A DNA stretch of 64,000 nt, taken from positions 28,150,001 through 28,214,000 of the forward strand of contig CM119371.1 in assembly GCA_051294905.1 (NCBI GenBank). The letters are read 5' to 3'. Shown piece after piece: positions 52,853 to 64,000 of this stretch. Both the position numbers and the translations under genes were made by a program. Source of the DNA: Botryllus schlosseri. Lineage: Eukaryota. The notes beneath the pieces are model-generated. The model did no database searches and was not told where the DNA came from. It saw only the letters and a list, made by a program, of their open reading frames with translations. The stretch's first letter is position 1. Each line of letters starts with the position of its first letter.

Positions 52853-52952
52853 NNNNNNNNNNNNNNNNNNNNNNNNNNNNNNNNNNNNNNNNNNNNNNNN
52901 NNNNNNNNNNNNNNNNNNNNNNNNNNNNNNNNNNNNNNNNNNNNNNNNNNNN
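52853..52952. other. Assembly gap (100 N)
   Basis: Run of N. Confidence 1.
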
Positions 52953-53114
52953 AATAAACCGTAATGACTAGCCCGGTTTCTTACATAATGAGTGTAGAGC
53001 ATGGAATCAATCAACATCACGGACATAATCCGTAGCAACATTTTGATCCGAGTGGAAGTTTCATTCGGCAATAAAATACGACGAGCAGCCAGTTTATAAA
53101 TAGTTCATCTAGTA

Positions 53115-54279
53115 CAGTGGTTCTCAGCCCTTTCTTGGCCGTGGCCCATTTTCCGGTTTTAAAATGTGCTGTGGCCGACCTCTTATCTTGAGTCATAATC
53201 CTGTTCAATGCGTGGTAATCGACTGCTTCGATATGCCTATTTCTCTAATATATGCGCATTTGTCTCTTAATTTACTGATGATATTGAAGTGTAGACTCTC
53301 GCACCATTCAATCGAGCGTAGCGCGTCGAAAATTTTCAAGTCGAATAAATATCCTTCAACGAACGACCAACGAAATAATCTTGGGCCCCTTCGAGGTCCC
53401 GGAATCGGGGGTTTGGGTGCAGCAGTTACGGCATAGGTAGATCATAGGTCGAAACTCCTGTGTATATTATGATCGTACGCTGCTTCATTCGCGTCGTGAA
53501 ACACAATGATCAACTCCACGCATCCACTGTGTGATTGGGATTTTAGTCCCACTATTGTGGGGAGTAAATATAATCATTCTGGGTCATGTTCAAACAATTC
53601 ATTGGTGAATGGGGTACTACAGGGAAGTGGAGAAAGATTTTTTTATTATGCATGCAATAACACATCTTGTGCCAAACCAATTGAAGTTGGGATATCAGAA
53701 TATTCAATCCAATGATACATTTAATTTATGTGTCTCTTGGATTATGTACAATGATATCAGTGCGGGTATTTTAAACCGACTCCATATATTATTGCACTCC
53801 GCTAAATCCTCAATTCATTATGATTCGTTGCGGGGGTGCAGTGTACCTCCACCAGAAGTTACTAATAATTTGGAATTATGGATATTTTTATCTTGCAATA
53901 ATACGGCTTGCCTAAGTAGCCTATAGTAACTCTACACATCAATTACATTTCATTCCGAGTTTATTGCACACATTCCCTTCAACGGCATACGACATATGCC
54001 CCATCCCCTTCCGGAATTCTTGGTTACTTCAGCATTACCTTCCAGTTATTATTTACTCGAAATTATTTTAGTTGCCGTTAGCCCCGTTTTGAACTTGTAC
54101 ATGCTGACTCCGTACGTGTCAACACGTCTCATCAGAGTCGGATGAAAAGCTTTAGGTAGCCTACTTACAATTAGATAATATGAATTTATTTTTAGCGATT
54201 AACAAAACAAATATAACTAAACTTATATAAATTTAAAAATTTTCTAAATAGCTCATGGCCCACCCTTTGAGAACCACCG
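53115..54279. mobile_element. hAT-type element
   Basis: CAGTGGTTCTCAG...TTGAGAACCACCG; perfect TSD ATCTAGTA. Confidence 0.85.
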
Positions 54280-54559
54280 ATCTAGTACCTAGATTGTTGT
54301 TTAATAAATAAAATAAAAACTAGGTGTTAGCACTTGATGGTCTTTTGCACCACGGCCGGACGTTGCATACAAACAAAACTACCATGGTCGAAAATAATGG
54401 CATTGAAATGAGATTTCAGGAAATATGAGTTTGGTAGGATGAGAATTGAAATCAAGGCACAGAAATCATAAAGGGCGAATATAATATAAAACGAATTCAG
54501 TGGCGTATGAGGATATATTCCGATCACTACAAGATTCCGCACCTTCCGCAACGAGGAAT

Positions 54560-54850
54560 CTACCAGGGGGAGCATTATCTTGAATAATGTGCGTCTAATT
54601 CTCGATATCCGAAGTGGACGGGTTACATGTTAGCTGTAAATGACATTTTCATGTACTTAAGTTTGCTTTGAATGCGCTGTTACCAATACTTCCATTAGAC
54701 TTGTCGACCAAATTTTGTGCTCGTCCGTAAATTGTCATTAATGATTCTTATACGTGAAATGAAGTTTCTCTGTTATTCTGACGACGTCACAGTCTTCGTG
54801 ACTTCACAATGTTTATGTTAGATTTAATATAATTTGAAGAAGCTACGATT
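54560..54850 (+). mobile_element. Heavily deleted L1/Tx1 reverse-transcriptase relic
   Basis: GSIILNNVRLILDI, then KFLCYSDDVTVFV (YxDD motif, about 54762-54800), then FEEAT, in the expected order. Confidence 0.65.
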
Positions 54851-57119
54851 ATTCGGTCTCGCGTTTTTCCTTTATATATGCGCTCTCAAATGACTCCATC
54901 CCTCTCCTTTATTTGAAGTATAAATTACTTCTACTTGACAAACTGTAAATAGCAAAAAGTAAGTGAGTAAGTACTATAATGCAACGAAGTACAAAATAAA
55001 AGTATCGGATAATAGATTTTCTTAAGTGAGTATTGCAAGTAGAGAAAACTACTTGGGTACTTCGAAATAGCAGATCTACTTCGTTACTGACAACCTCAGT
55101 GTATATAGGTGACAAAGTTCACAGACTTGCATGGTCAGCAGATGTTTGTTTCTTCAATTTATTTACCTATAGGTAACACACAATTAAATGAGAAAACCGA
55201 ACATTGCTAAGGTAGAGAAGAAGATTGACGTGTCGTTTTCACCATCTTTACTGCCATGCTAGGAACCTGCAAGCATAAAATCACCATTTTACCAATCCTC
55301 CATTAGGATGACTATAGAGCTAAATCCTTTAACGTATGCAGCCTCGTATCGAAAACAGTTTAAGGATGACTCGTTTTCGTATGGCTTGACTTGACTCGAC
55401 TCACTTTGCAAAAATGACTTGCCTTGACCAGGGGTTCAGAAATGTGGGTTGAGTCGTGATTCGGAGGAAAGTCTACGAGTCAATCTGTAGCTATACAGTT
55501 ACCTACTTATTTATCAGCAGTTAAACGTATATGCGTGAGCGATAAAACACCTTTTTGCACTATACCTCGCTTTATATTCGGTATTTCATGTGAAATCAAT
55601 CTATGTTTCAAACAACTAGCAAAATATAAGGATTTTGAATACTTCGGAAATCCAATTTGACCTGACTTGGCTCGAGTCATCTTCGAAAATCGATTGACTT
55701 CACTTAACTCGCGTAAAATATGCAATGACCCGAGGTGACTTGTGACTCAAAGGTAATGGCTTGATTGCAACACAGACCGAAACACAGCCGTACAAGCACG
55801 ATAAGTATATAGCACTTCGTCAAACTATGTATTCGGTACGGTACGGATGAACATCAAACAAAGAGGAAGTACCATGAAATCCTAAAGTACCGTACCGTGC
55901 CATAGCACAATCTTCCTGCTGGTGGGTCGATCATAAATCATTTGATATGACCGAAAAATTTCGTGTTTTCGCAATCGCTCCGTGGTACGCATTTAATGGT
56001 GCAATATAACTAGCGTCATTGCTGCCATATACGGTAACCAATATTACTGCTGTTAAAACAAGTTATTGATCAAACATCAATACTCACTTCCAATATGAAA
56101 TCTGAAGTTATGTGAGCTCTCGGGGTATAGATGTTTCCCGCATGATTATTTAAAAGTAAGATGCATACGGTATTTCAAGGGTTGGGAACATTTTCCGTCA
56201 ACGACGCCATACAGGACCTATTTTTTGAATTTGCCAGAATAGCAGCAACGCAAGAATATTTGGCAAGATAACGCAGTGGTATGATCAGCAGCTGCGACAT
56301 CAATGGGTTGCGAGTCCGAGTCCGACCAAGGTCGACTTCCGAATTCCTACATAAGGGTTGAAGGTTTGTCTAGGCTCCGCCCCGCCACCTCATCCAGTGT
56401 TGCGTCCGAAGAATTAACAAGTCGTAGTTCCGAGTCGCATTTCCTTCTCTGATTTTAACGTTAGATCCGACTCAACTCGAGTCATTTGTATTTAATTACC
56501 CAGTCAATCCGAAATCGAGTAATTTTACCGAAAGCTCGCACCAAACCAAATCACAATTTTCAGTTACGACTCATCAACGGGTCCTGTTTTATCGTCATGA
56601 ACTAGAAGTGTGACGTATCAGCTTATCTTCTACTGCATGGTAGCTTTCAAAAGTGATGTGATAGTGAAGTTTGTTGAGATTTCAGTAATTTTCATAGTAA
56701 CTTCAGGGTGAGCATCAAGTTCTAATATGTAAAAAAGATATAGGGCACTTGACTGTATTGTTGAATACTTGAAATTCCAAAATGCCGTCACGGGCCGCAC
56801 AAAATGCTCTCGTGGGCCGCGTGTTTGAGACCTCTGCCTTATGACGTCTTGAAATAGATTTAATTTTGAGAATGTCGCTTGACTTATTCCACTTCTGGCA
56901 CTGCTACATACTTCACCTACAGCCCTATTCCCGTATAGTGGCATAGATATCTACATCTGAGGTACAAAATAGTTCGTGAGTTCCGAAGATTTTCTTGGGA
57001 TATATTATAGTTAGACCAAAGAGTAATTGTCATCATAACATTTTGAGATAAGACATTTCGTTGAAGTCATATCGTAGCGAGTGTAATCCAAGGAATGGAA
57101 ACAAGCGTATACTCTAATT

Positions 57120-59106
57120 CAGTGATTCCCAAGCGCGGCCCCCAGATAGCCTTCTTGTGGCCCCAAAAATTTATAAGGAAATCGATTTATGACAAAAAAA
57201 AAATTATATTTATAAAATACTCTTGCTTGGCTTGGCCTCTGTAGTTTTTGCCTCTGTAATTATAGAATTGCAGGAAAGTTGTGAGTATAGACTGCTAACT
57301 TTACGTCACTGCTGTTTCAAAGTGATGTGCCATAACTTTCAAGTTGAACGAGCAATAGCTATACATATAAATAAATATTTACAACTTTCAAAACCGGAGG
57401 AAAATCCTAAAGAATAATGAATTTTTCCCACTTCGTGGTCGCTTGACCAAAAATGAAAAAGAGGCAGTTTTTCTTTCACATTAACAGGCGGTCGGTCCAG
57501 CTCCCGAAATAGCCGCCGTAGCGTTCCTACAGTGCTGACCTAATGTATATCAGTCGAATTTCGCCCTGTATGTAACCAAAATCCTCAGAAAATAAGACAA
57601 AATCTCAAAAAAGAAGAAATTTGGGCGTCCGCCGAGGACACTTTAAAAAAAATCAAAAAAGAGGACAAAATCATCTTAAAAGAGGACGTATGGTAACCCT
57701 ATGATAACTAGATGTGCAACACGTGACTCACGGTTGAATACGTTGAGATGCATACTGCTTAGCCGGCAAAAAGCAGAATAATTGGAAGTCCCATAGTCAG
57801 GGACGTAACTGCCGCACCCCAAACCCCCCCAATTGAGGGGACCGAGCTCGAAGGGAGCCAAAAATTATTTCGTAAATTCGCATAAATTATAGAGTGTTTT
57901 TTGAAAATTTATGAAACTTATTCAACAATTTTTCACGTTGTGCGCGATTTCTATTTGCAACATATCTTGATGATTGGGTACTCTTCTCCAAGAAAAAATA
58001 CGCAAGATTTATAGAAATGGGCATATCAGCGTTGGCCATGACCGCACCACAACGCTCCAAGACATATAAAGTTTTAGGCCATGTAACATGTGACTCCAAG
58101 AAGTGTGTCAGAACGATTGGCAGCGAGAAAGCCTTGGCCATAAAGGACTGCTTTCATGCTATTCAAAAACTTCGAAATACCAAAAACTTCGTTTTATATA
58201 CAAAATACATATAGGCGCCATATAGGCGCCTTAATGACTTGCGCAGAATGTTCTTGTCTCGGCAATCTGAACCTCACAAGACAAATACCATCTCGCAGGA
58301 AAAAAAATTATATGCCAGTGAAGAAATACCAATCTGAAATCGTGTGATCTTTCAGTTTAGTAGGTTTAGGCAATTCTACATTTTTTGATACAGCAGACAG
58401 GAGGTCACGAAATGACATCATGTAAAGAAGTCATACCTAGGGGTCCGCCCGCCCGCCCAAAGACACCTCTCACTCAGCTCTACCGGTAAATCTGATTACG
58501 TGGGCAAAGCGGACAACCATACAATTCCCGATCTTATTCACCGATTTTATCATGAAATATCGGAATATTCGCGAGTCGCGCTGTCTCACTAAACAGTACA
58601 ACTTTAATTTCGTGGCAAAAGCGAACAATGTGATGCGGGGTCAGTTTATCACCCGATGGGAGCCCGGGGTCCTGACGAAGTGCTGTTACGTTCCTGCCAA
58701 CGGGTATACCCCCGGAGATGTTTAATTACTATTGAGGGGGCCTATACCTTTTTAAACATACCTCACTCAGCTCTACCGGTGAATCAGATTACGTGAACAT
58801 GAGACAGGATGAAAATTGATAGCAATACATGCAATTCCCGATATTGACCGATTAAGTCATGAAACTAAAGAAATTTTAGGCGTTTAGGCGAGAAAAGCTG
58901 ATACACTCAACTAACCCTCAATGCAACAGATGAGTAGCGGTAAACAGTGTACAGTTTTGAAATCTCGTTAGGGCAATAAAACTACTTCGAAATAGCCATG
59001 ATGACTGTTTGGGTCCGTTTCATAGCCGTATAGTATTCGTGCGGCCCCGACCGTACTCTGAGATTCTAAATTTGGCCCTCTTACCGAAAAAGTTTGGGAA
59101 CCACTG
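57120..59106. mobile_element. hAT-type element with nested insertions
   Basis: CAGTGATTCCCAA...TTGGGAACCACTG; TSD CTCTAATT/CTTTAATT. Contains CAGGGACGTAAC...GTTACGTTCCTG (57798-58696). Confidence 0.78.
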
Positions 59107-59299
59107 CTTTAATTAACGGATATTGCATCCATGCCTCAGCAATATATTTTACGGACAGGGGTGGATGGAAAGGCTAAAGTGGTTTCCTATGCATTATCGA
59201 TGAAAAAATTTGCAAAAGATTCAAATCAGATTTTTGCTCATTCTGAGAACCCAGACCGAAACATGTAGGCTATGTAGATTTACAGATATATCGATGATT

Positions 59300-62200
59300 G
59301 CTTTAAATTAGCATTGCGACGTCACTTGACATCATTCTTCTTCTCGATCGCATGCAGAGAGCTTTAATAGAAGTTTGTGTTCAGGTGAATCAGAAACTTT
59401 CCGGTGATCGCCCATTCTCAAATACTCTTCCCTTCAACGCGACCGTTCTAGTCCCTGATCAGACCGATATATCACTAAATATATGAACTTGGTTGCGTGA
59501 GGTTTGTATTAAAGAAAGGGTTTAGTGGGGTGGTGTTATTTGATTATATGATATGTGAATTAGTGATGGTATGATCCGATTGATTTCAATTTCATGATCA
59601 GAATGTTTACATATTTGGGAGGTTCGCCCTTAACTACAACTCACAAGTTAAATGCATTGTGCATTTCAAGCTACCAATCACTATATATGCGCACTGTCAC
59701 AGTATACATAGCAAAGCGCATATATAAGCGGGAGAGCAGAAGGTACTGATTAGGGATGGTGTGAACGTGAGGTTAGCATTCGCGCTGTCTGTGAGAACCT
59801 CGGAAATTTGGATGTTCAGGTTCACATACAAACATTCGTAGGTTATGCACTGTCAAACTTTTTCATTTATTACAATTTTCACGTCATAGAACATATGTAG
59901 TTGGAATTCTTTGTATTTCAACTTTGGACCACTCTATGCATGGCACTCGCGCCATAAAATAATCATCATTAAACGAGCATGCACTCTGCCAATCTAAAAA
60001 CTTTTAGTTGCTTTGCTACAGAAGTTCAATCGAAAAATCCAGCTTTCAGTTTGTAAATATTTAGAGATTCTCTGCTGTGAGCTTGACCCGCAATCACAAA
60101 AGATCAAGAAGGAAATGGCCTACCCTACATGGGGACATAGTAAGCGAATGATGCTTATTAAACCAGCTATAAAATGAAGAATACAACCTTGTATAATGTA
60201 AAATATATAGCAGGCATACGGGTTCCATATTGACTTTTAAACCAAATCCATGCGATCGTTGTGTTGGCTACTGTATTACTTGTTTATGGGGTAATTTTGC
60301 TAGCAAGTATAGAAACCCGTTTTATGCTCTAGCTCGATTTCAATTATGTAAAAATAGTCAGAAGCTGAATAAATTGTCCGGTCTGGTCTATAGGTCTATA
60401 GACCGTTAAGACGTAAGCTTATATTCCATTGGAAGTCCTCGTCAAAATTGTTGGCAAAGCGAAGGAAGATATTAATTTTAATAGGTTTATTATAGCATTG
60501 GATTGCAAGACTGAATACATTTGGTGACGTTTTTAAAGTCAGCATGTACTTAGCATAGTGCCATAATGTGACCTGACCTGGCGTCGTGTACACTGTACAA
60601 TAATATATCACTTCAGTGAAATAGTTTCACGTTCACACAGAACTTTTCAAAAAGGCTGTGCAGTAGGGTTATGACTAAAAAAAAAATTTGCCTGTAGCAG
60701 GAATTGATGAACATTTTGGTATAAATTGATAAAATTATAATCATTTTGTTCAAATCGAAAAAAATGTCCCGCACAAACTAACATCAATTTTCGACACTGG
60801 TCCAAATATGGAAAAAATTTAAAATTCAAAGATATTCTTTGCTACAAATTTGATCTTCAAATATATGTCCTTTTACACTTATTGTAAAGTTCATTCATCA
60901 ATTTGACTTCCCTTTCTGTTATTATGTTAAAGCCAGGGACATCTACGACGGACATATCCGACTTCCAATGGGGTTTTGGGGCACTTTATCGCTGCAGGAC
61001 ATTCGACCGCAAAGATAGCAGCAAATAATCTTTGATATATTCTAGAGCCCGACCGATATTGGATTTTTGGGTCGATACCGATAAAACCAATATCTCACAC
61101 CTTAGCCGATAACCCCAATACATTCAGCCGATATTCAAAAGAAGTTGGATGTATAGCCTACATAAGCAAATCTTCAGAGGGCATTTATTTTAATTGAACA
61201 TCTTTACAGCTATTGTTACACTTGAACATGAAATGCACTAGAAAGGCTGCATCTGGACACCTGTAAAGTGTAAGCTATATGAAATATATCAATATTCTCA
61301 GTCTAGCGATCAAAGATTATAGTTTTCTGGCTTCCTTCCGCCATGTTGTGACGTCACACGCAAATTGCCGTTAATTTTTCAACTCCAATGGCCGATACCG
61401 ATAATTCTTTCGAAGTGTGATATCGTCTCGATATTATCGACGAACCGATAATCGGTCGGGCTCTAGTATATTCCATCTTTAGACATCTGGTTAGAATACC
61501 AGTCTTCCTGACACGCATTCGCGATAAATAAGCATCTCCAGAGTTATTCTCTATCTGGGGAAGTGGAAGTACGCAACGCAACCCTTGAGCACCCTCTCGC
61601 ATTGCGTAGAGATGGAAGTTTATGCCATTTGATCAATGGTAATCTATACTATTTTATTTGAAAGAACGGCATGTTCTGCACATGCCATAGATAAACCTAA
61701 AATCATCTATACATCCTCGGTTTTCTAATATTTTCATCTGAAATTCGTGCTTGGTGGATTGCACCTAGTTTTCGTAGTGTTTTACCACATCATCTCCAAA
61801 TTTGTAGCTGAGAGTTGGATTTCTTCAAGACGTTGGATCGAAGAACTCTAATATATGCTTTAAGAATCGATAATATGATGTTGGCAAGGGATATGAAAAC
61901 CCATGCTTATTATTGCACTTCGCAGTTTCGAAACAACGTCATCCTGCCGTCCAGTATCAACAGATGCTACGGTGTCACATATGATATATGAGTTTTTCAA
62001 ATTTTCCTGTACATCATATTCTTCTAAGCGGTTTTCTAGACCGCTGAAAATACCTAGAGTTGTTCTACTTTCGCCTTTTCGAACACCCAGTTTGATTTTT
62101 GCCAGACAAATTGAAATTATACGATATATACAGTCTACATCGAAAATCGGAATTAATAATTATTTATTAATTATTTAATATTGACTGTAAACAAGAACAC

Positions 62201-63010
62201 GATAGGAATAATTCAATCTGGGCGTTCAAAATGTACCAAAATACTATTTTAAATCTTCGCAATTGGAATTGGGTCACTTAAATTCAAATCAGTAGATATA
62301 TAAATTATATAGTCTGTATCTACAAAAGAAAGCCTATCCTCCATACAGTGAAAACTGGAAATTTTTTGTGCGGGAGGTTTTTGTTCAAACAGTCTTAACT
62401 TTTGTGAGTTTTGAAATCAGGACACAAAAGCTCATCATTTGTGACTACAGGCCACACAAAATTTTGAAATTTTTTTTCTAGTCATAACCCTACTGTGCAG
62501 TGTGCAATGCACTGTGCATGCATATTTTCTGTACCACCACCATTGCCGTCTGTTGGTTATGTATTTTGGTGGGATGAAAATAAAGACTCTCTCTTTCACA
62601 CACTCTCTTTCACGTTCACACGAAACAGAACCTTTCAGGGGTTCGCACCATCCCCAGTACCGAAGATCTCAAATTTGGATTTTGACATTGCGGGATAATC
62701 ATCGATCGCATACTGCAATAACATTAGATCATATTTGGGTTTGCGTGAACCCCTGCGCCGCTTCGCATGTACGCAGTATGATGTCACGTTGATAAATAAT
62801 TTTTGCAAAAAGTACCAGTTGATACTAACGACAATCGTATGAGAGTGAGTATTATACGTTCTATATCCAATACAACTAAGCGTTGTGAGAGGCAACGACC
62901 ATGTCCACTCACCTTCAAGTATTTTACGGCAGTATATACATGCCACTGTTTTCCGGGGTAGAAATTCTGTAGTGCGAACCAATGTAATGCATTAATTTCC
63001 ATGTTCATAC
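59300..63010 (-). pseudogene. Decayed intronless LRR gene (Toll/Slit-like), minus-strand copy
   Basis: In minus-strand order: RLVVLDIERIIL...VSTGTF; HANP...CYCSMR..IPQCQNPNLR (LRRCT, about 62750-62665); GIFSGLENRLEEYDVQEN (62054-62001); QRLEEIQLSATNL; LLSLRSNVL; LKAGFFD...QLKVFRLAECML. Boundaries are approximate. Confidence 0.65.
61043..61465. mobile_element. hAT-type MITE with CCGATA repeats
   Basis: TAGAGCCCGACCGAT...ATCGGTCGGGCTCTA; TSD ATATATTC/GTATATTC. Confidence 0.87.
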
Positions 63011-63652
63011 GATGCCATGCCTTCTTAGTATTGCCCTGTCAGTCACTTTAGTTAGCCCGGCCAACGTACGATTGTGATAGGGAATTACGGTACGATATTA
63101 TGAATATTCCGTACCGGTACGATACGGCATTTAGTTATTACCTTTTCTCTCGTAATGAGGAAAATTGAATGTACCAAGTACCACATTCCAGAAATACTAT
63201 ACCGTACCTCGTACCAGGACCTTATTGTCGTTTTTGCATCGATCATATATCATATTTATAATACTGCAATCGCGTGGCAGTGTGCATTTAATGAGCTAAT
63301 AAATATTTTGTCATTGCTGCCTCATAAGATAACAAATATCACAGCCGTTTTGGAATAGCGATTGCTCGGACATTTATTCAACTCTTTTGAATTAATGTGA
63401 GCGCCGGTATGGCGCCATATATCTATTTGATATTATACAATGTACTCTGCCGCGTTATGCCAATTTACATTGTGTATTTAGCCCTCGTAAATTTACCTAA
63501 AATATGCCAGTAAACTATTCCAGTCAGTTATGTCAACATGTATGCAATAGTTAATAGCAAGTGAGATCTACTTTTAATTTTTTGTGGGTAGACAAATTAC
63601 AAAATATATTGGTTCAAGTTGGTTACAAAATCATCATCGCTATGAATTATAC

Positions 63653-64000
63653 CAGGGGCGGGCAACATACGGCCCGCGGGCCGGATCCGGCCCGCGATGA
63701 GATTTTGTCCGGCCCGCGGACAGTTTTCCGCCTTACATGATAATGTGGCCCGTGGCCACAGTCTTCCGAGTTTCCCCACTACTTGGTTACATGCATCAAA
63801 TTTTAGTGACTTTTTATCATCAATATTCAATATACACATGTATGCGCAGCAAGCGAGGGTGGAGCTTACGCGCAAGTTCGTCGACGCCAGAAGACTTTCA
63901 ATATCGGTATTTACGATGTACTCAACCCTAATTTCATTTGTAGTAATCATGGTGCTTGTCGACTACAATGATCATTTACACCACGCCGATATTTCTTATT
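63653..64000. mobile_element. Left end of a hAT-Charlie-like element, probably running out of the window
   Basis: CAGGGGCGGGCAACATACGGCCCGCGGGCCGGATCCGGCCCGCG terminus with CGGCCC repeats. Confidence 0.7.

Overview
Eukaryotic, repeat-dense animal DNA; an invertebrate origin is likely but the species cannot be read from the sequence. There is one 100-N assembly gap at 52853-52952. The left part (0.6-24.5 kb) is a tandem cluster of three intronless, finger-only C2H2 zinc-finger paralogs: 13 fingers, a frameshifted and contracted copy, and 16 fingers. The right part (28.9-63 kb) has no intact host gene. It appears to hold several decayed, intronless leucine-rich-repeat (Toll/Slit-like) gene copies in both orientations. 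Throughout are many TSD-flanked, often nested hAT-type MITEs, a probable 6.1-kb CACT-terminated element, foldback elements and LINE relics (L1/Tx1 and R4/Dong-like). The most unusual structures are two very young fold-back inverted duplications. One is a 1.4-kb near-perfect palindrome (36315-37716, 15-bp spacer) ending exactly at a hAT terminus. The other is an inverted repeat with arms of at least 3.1 kb (45185-52852) whose spacer is a 5'-truncated, polyadenylated LINE lacking a TSD. All alignments were made by eye; no searches were run.
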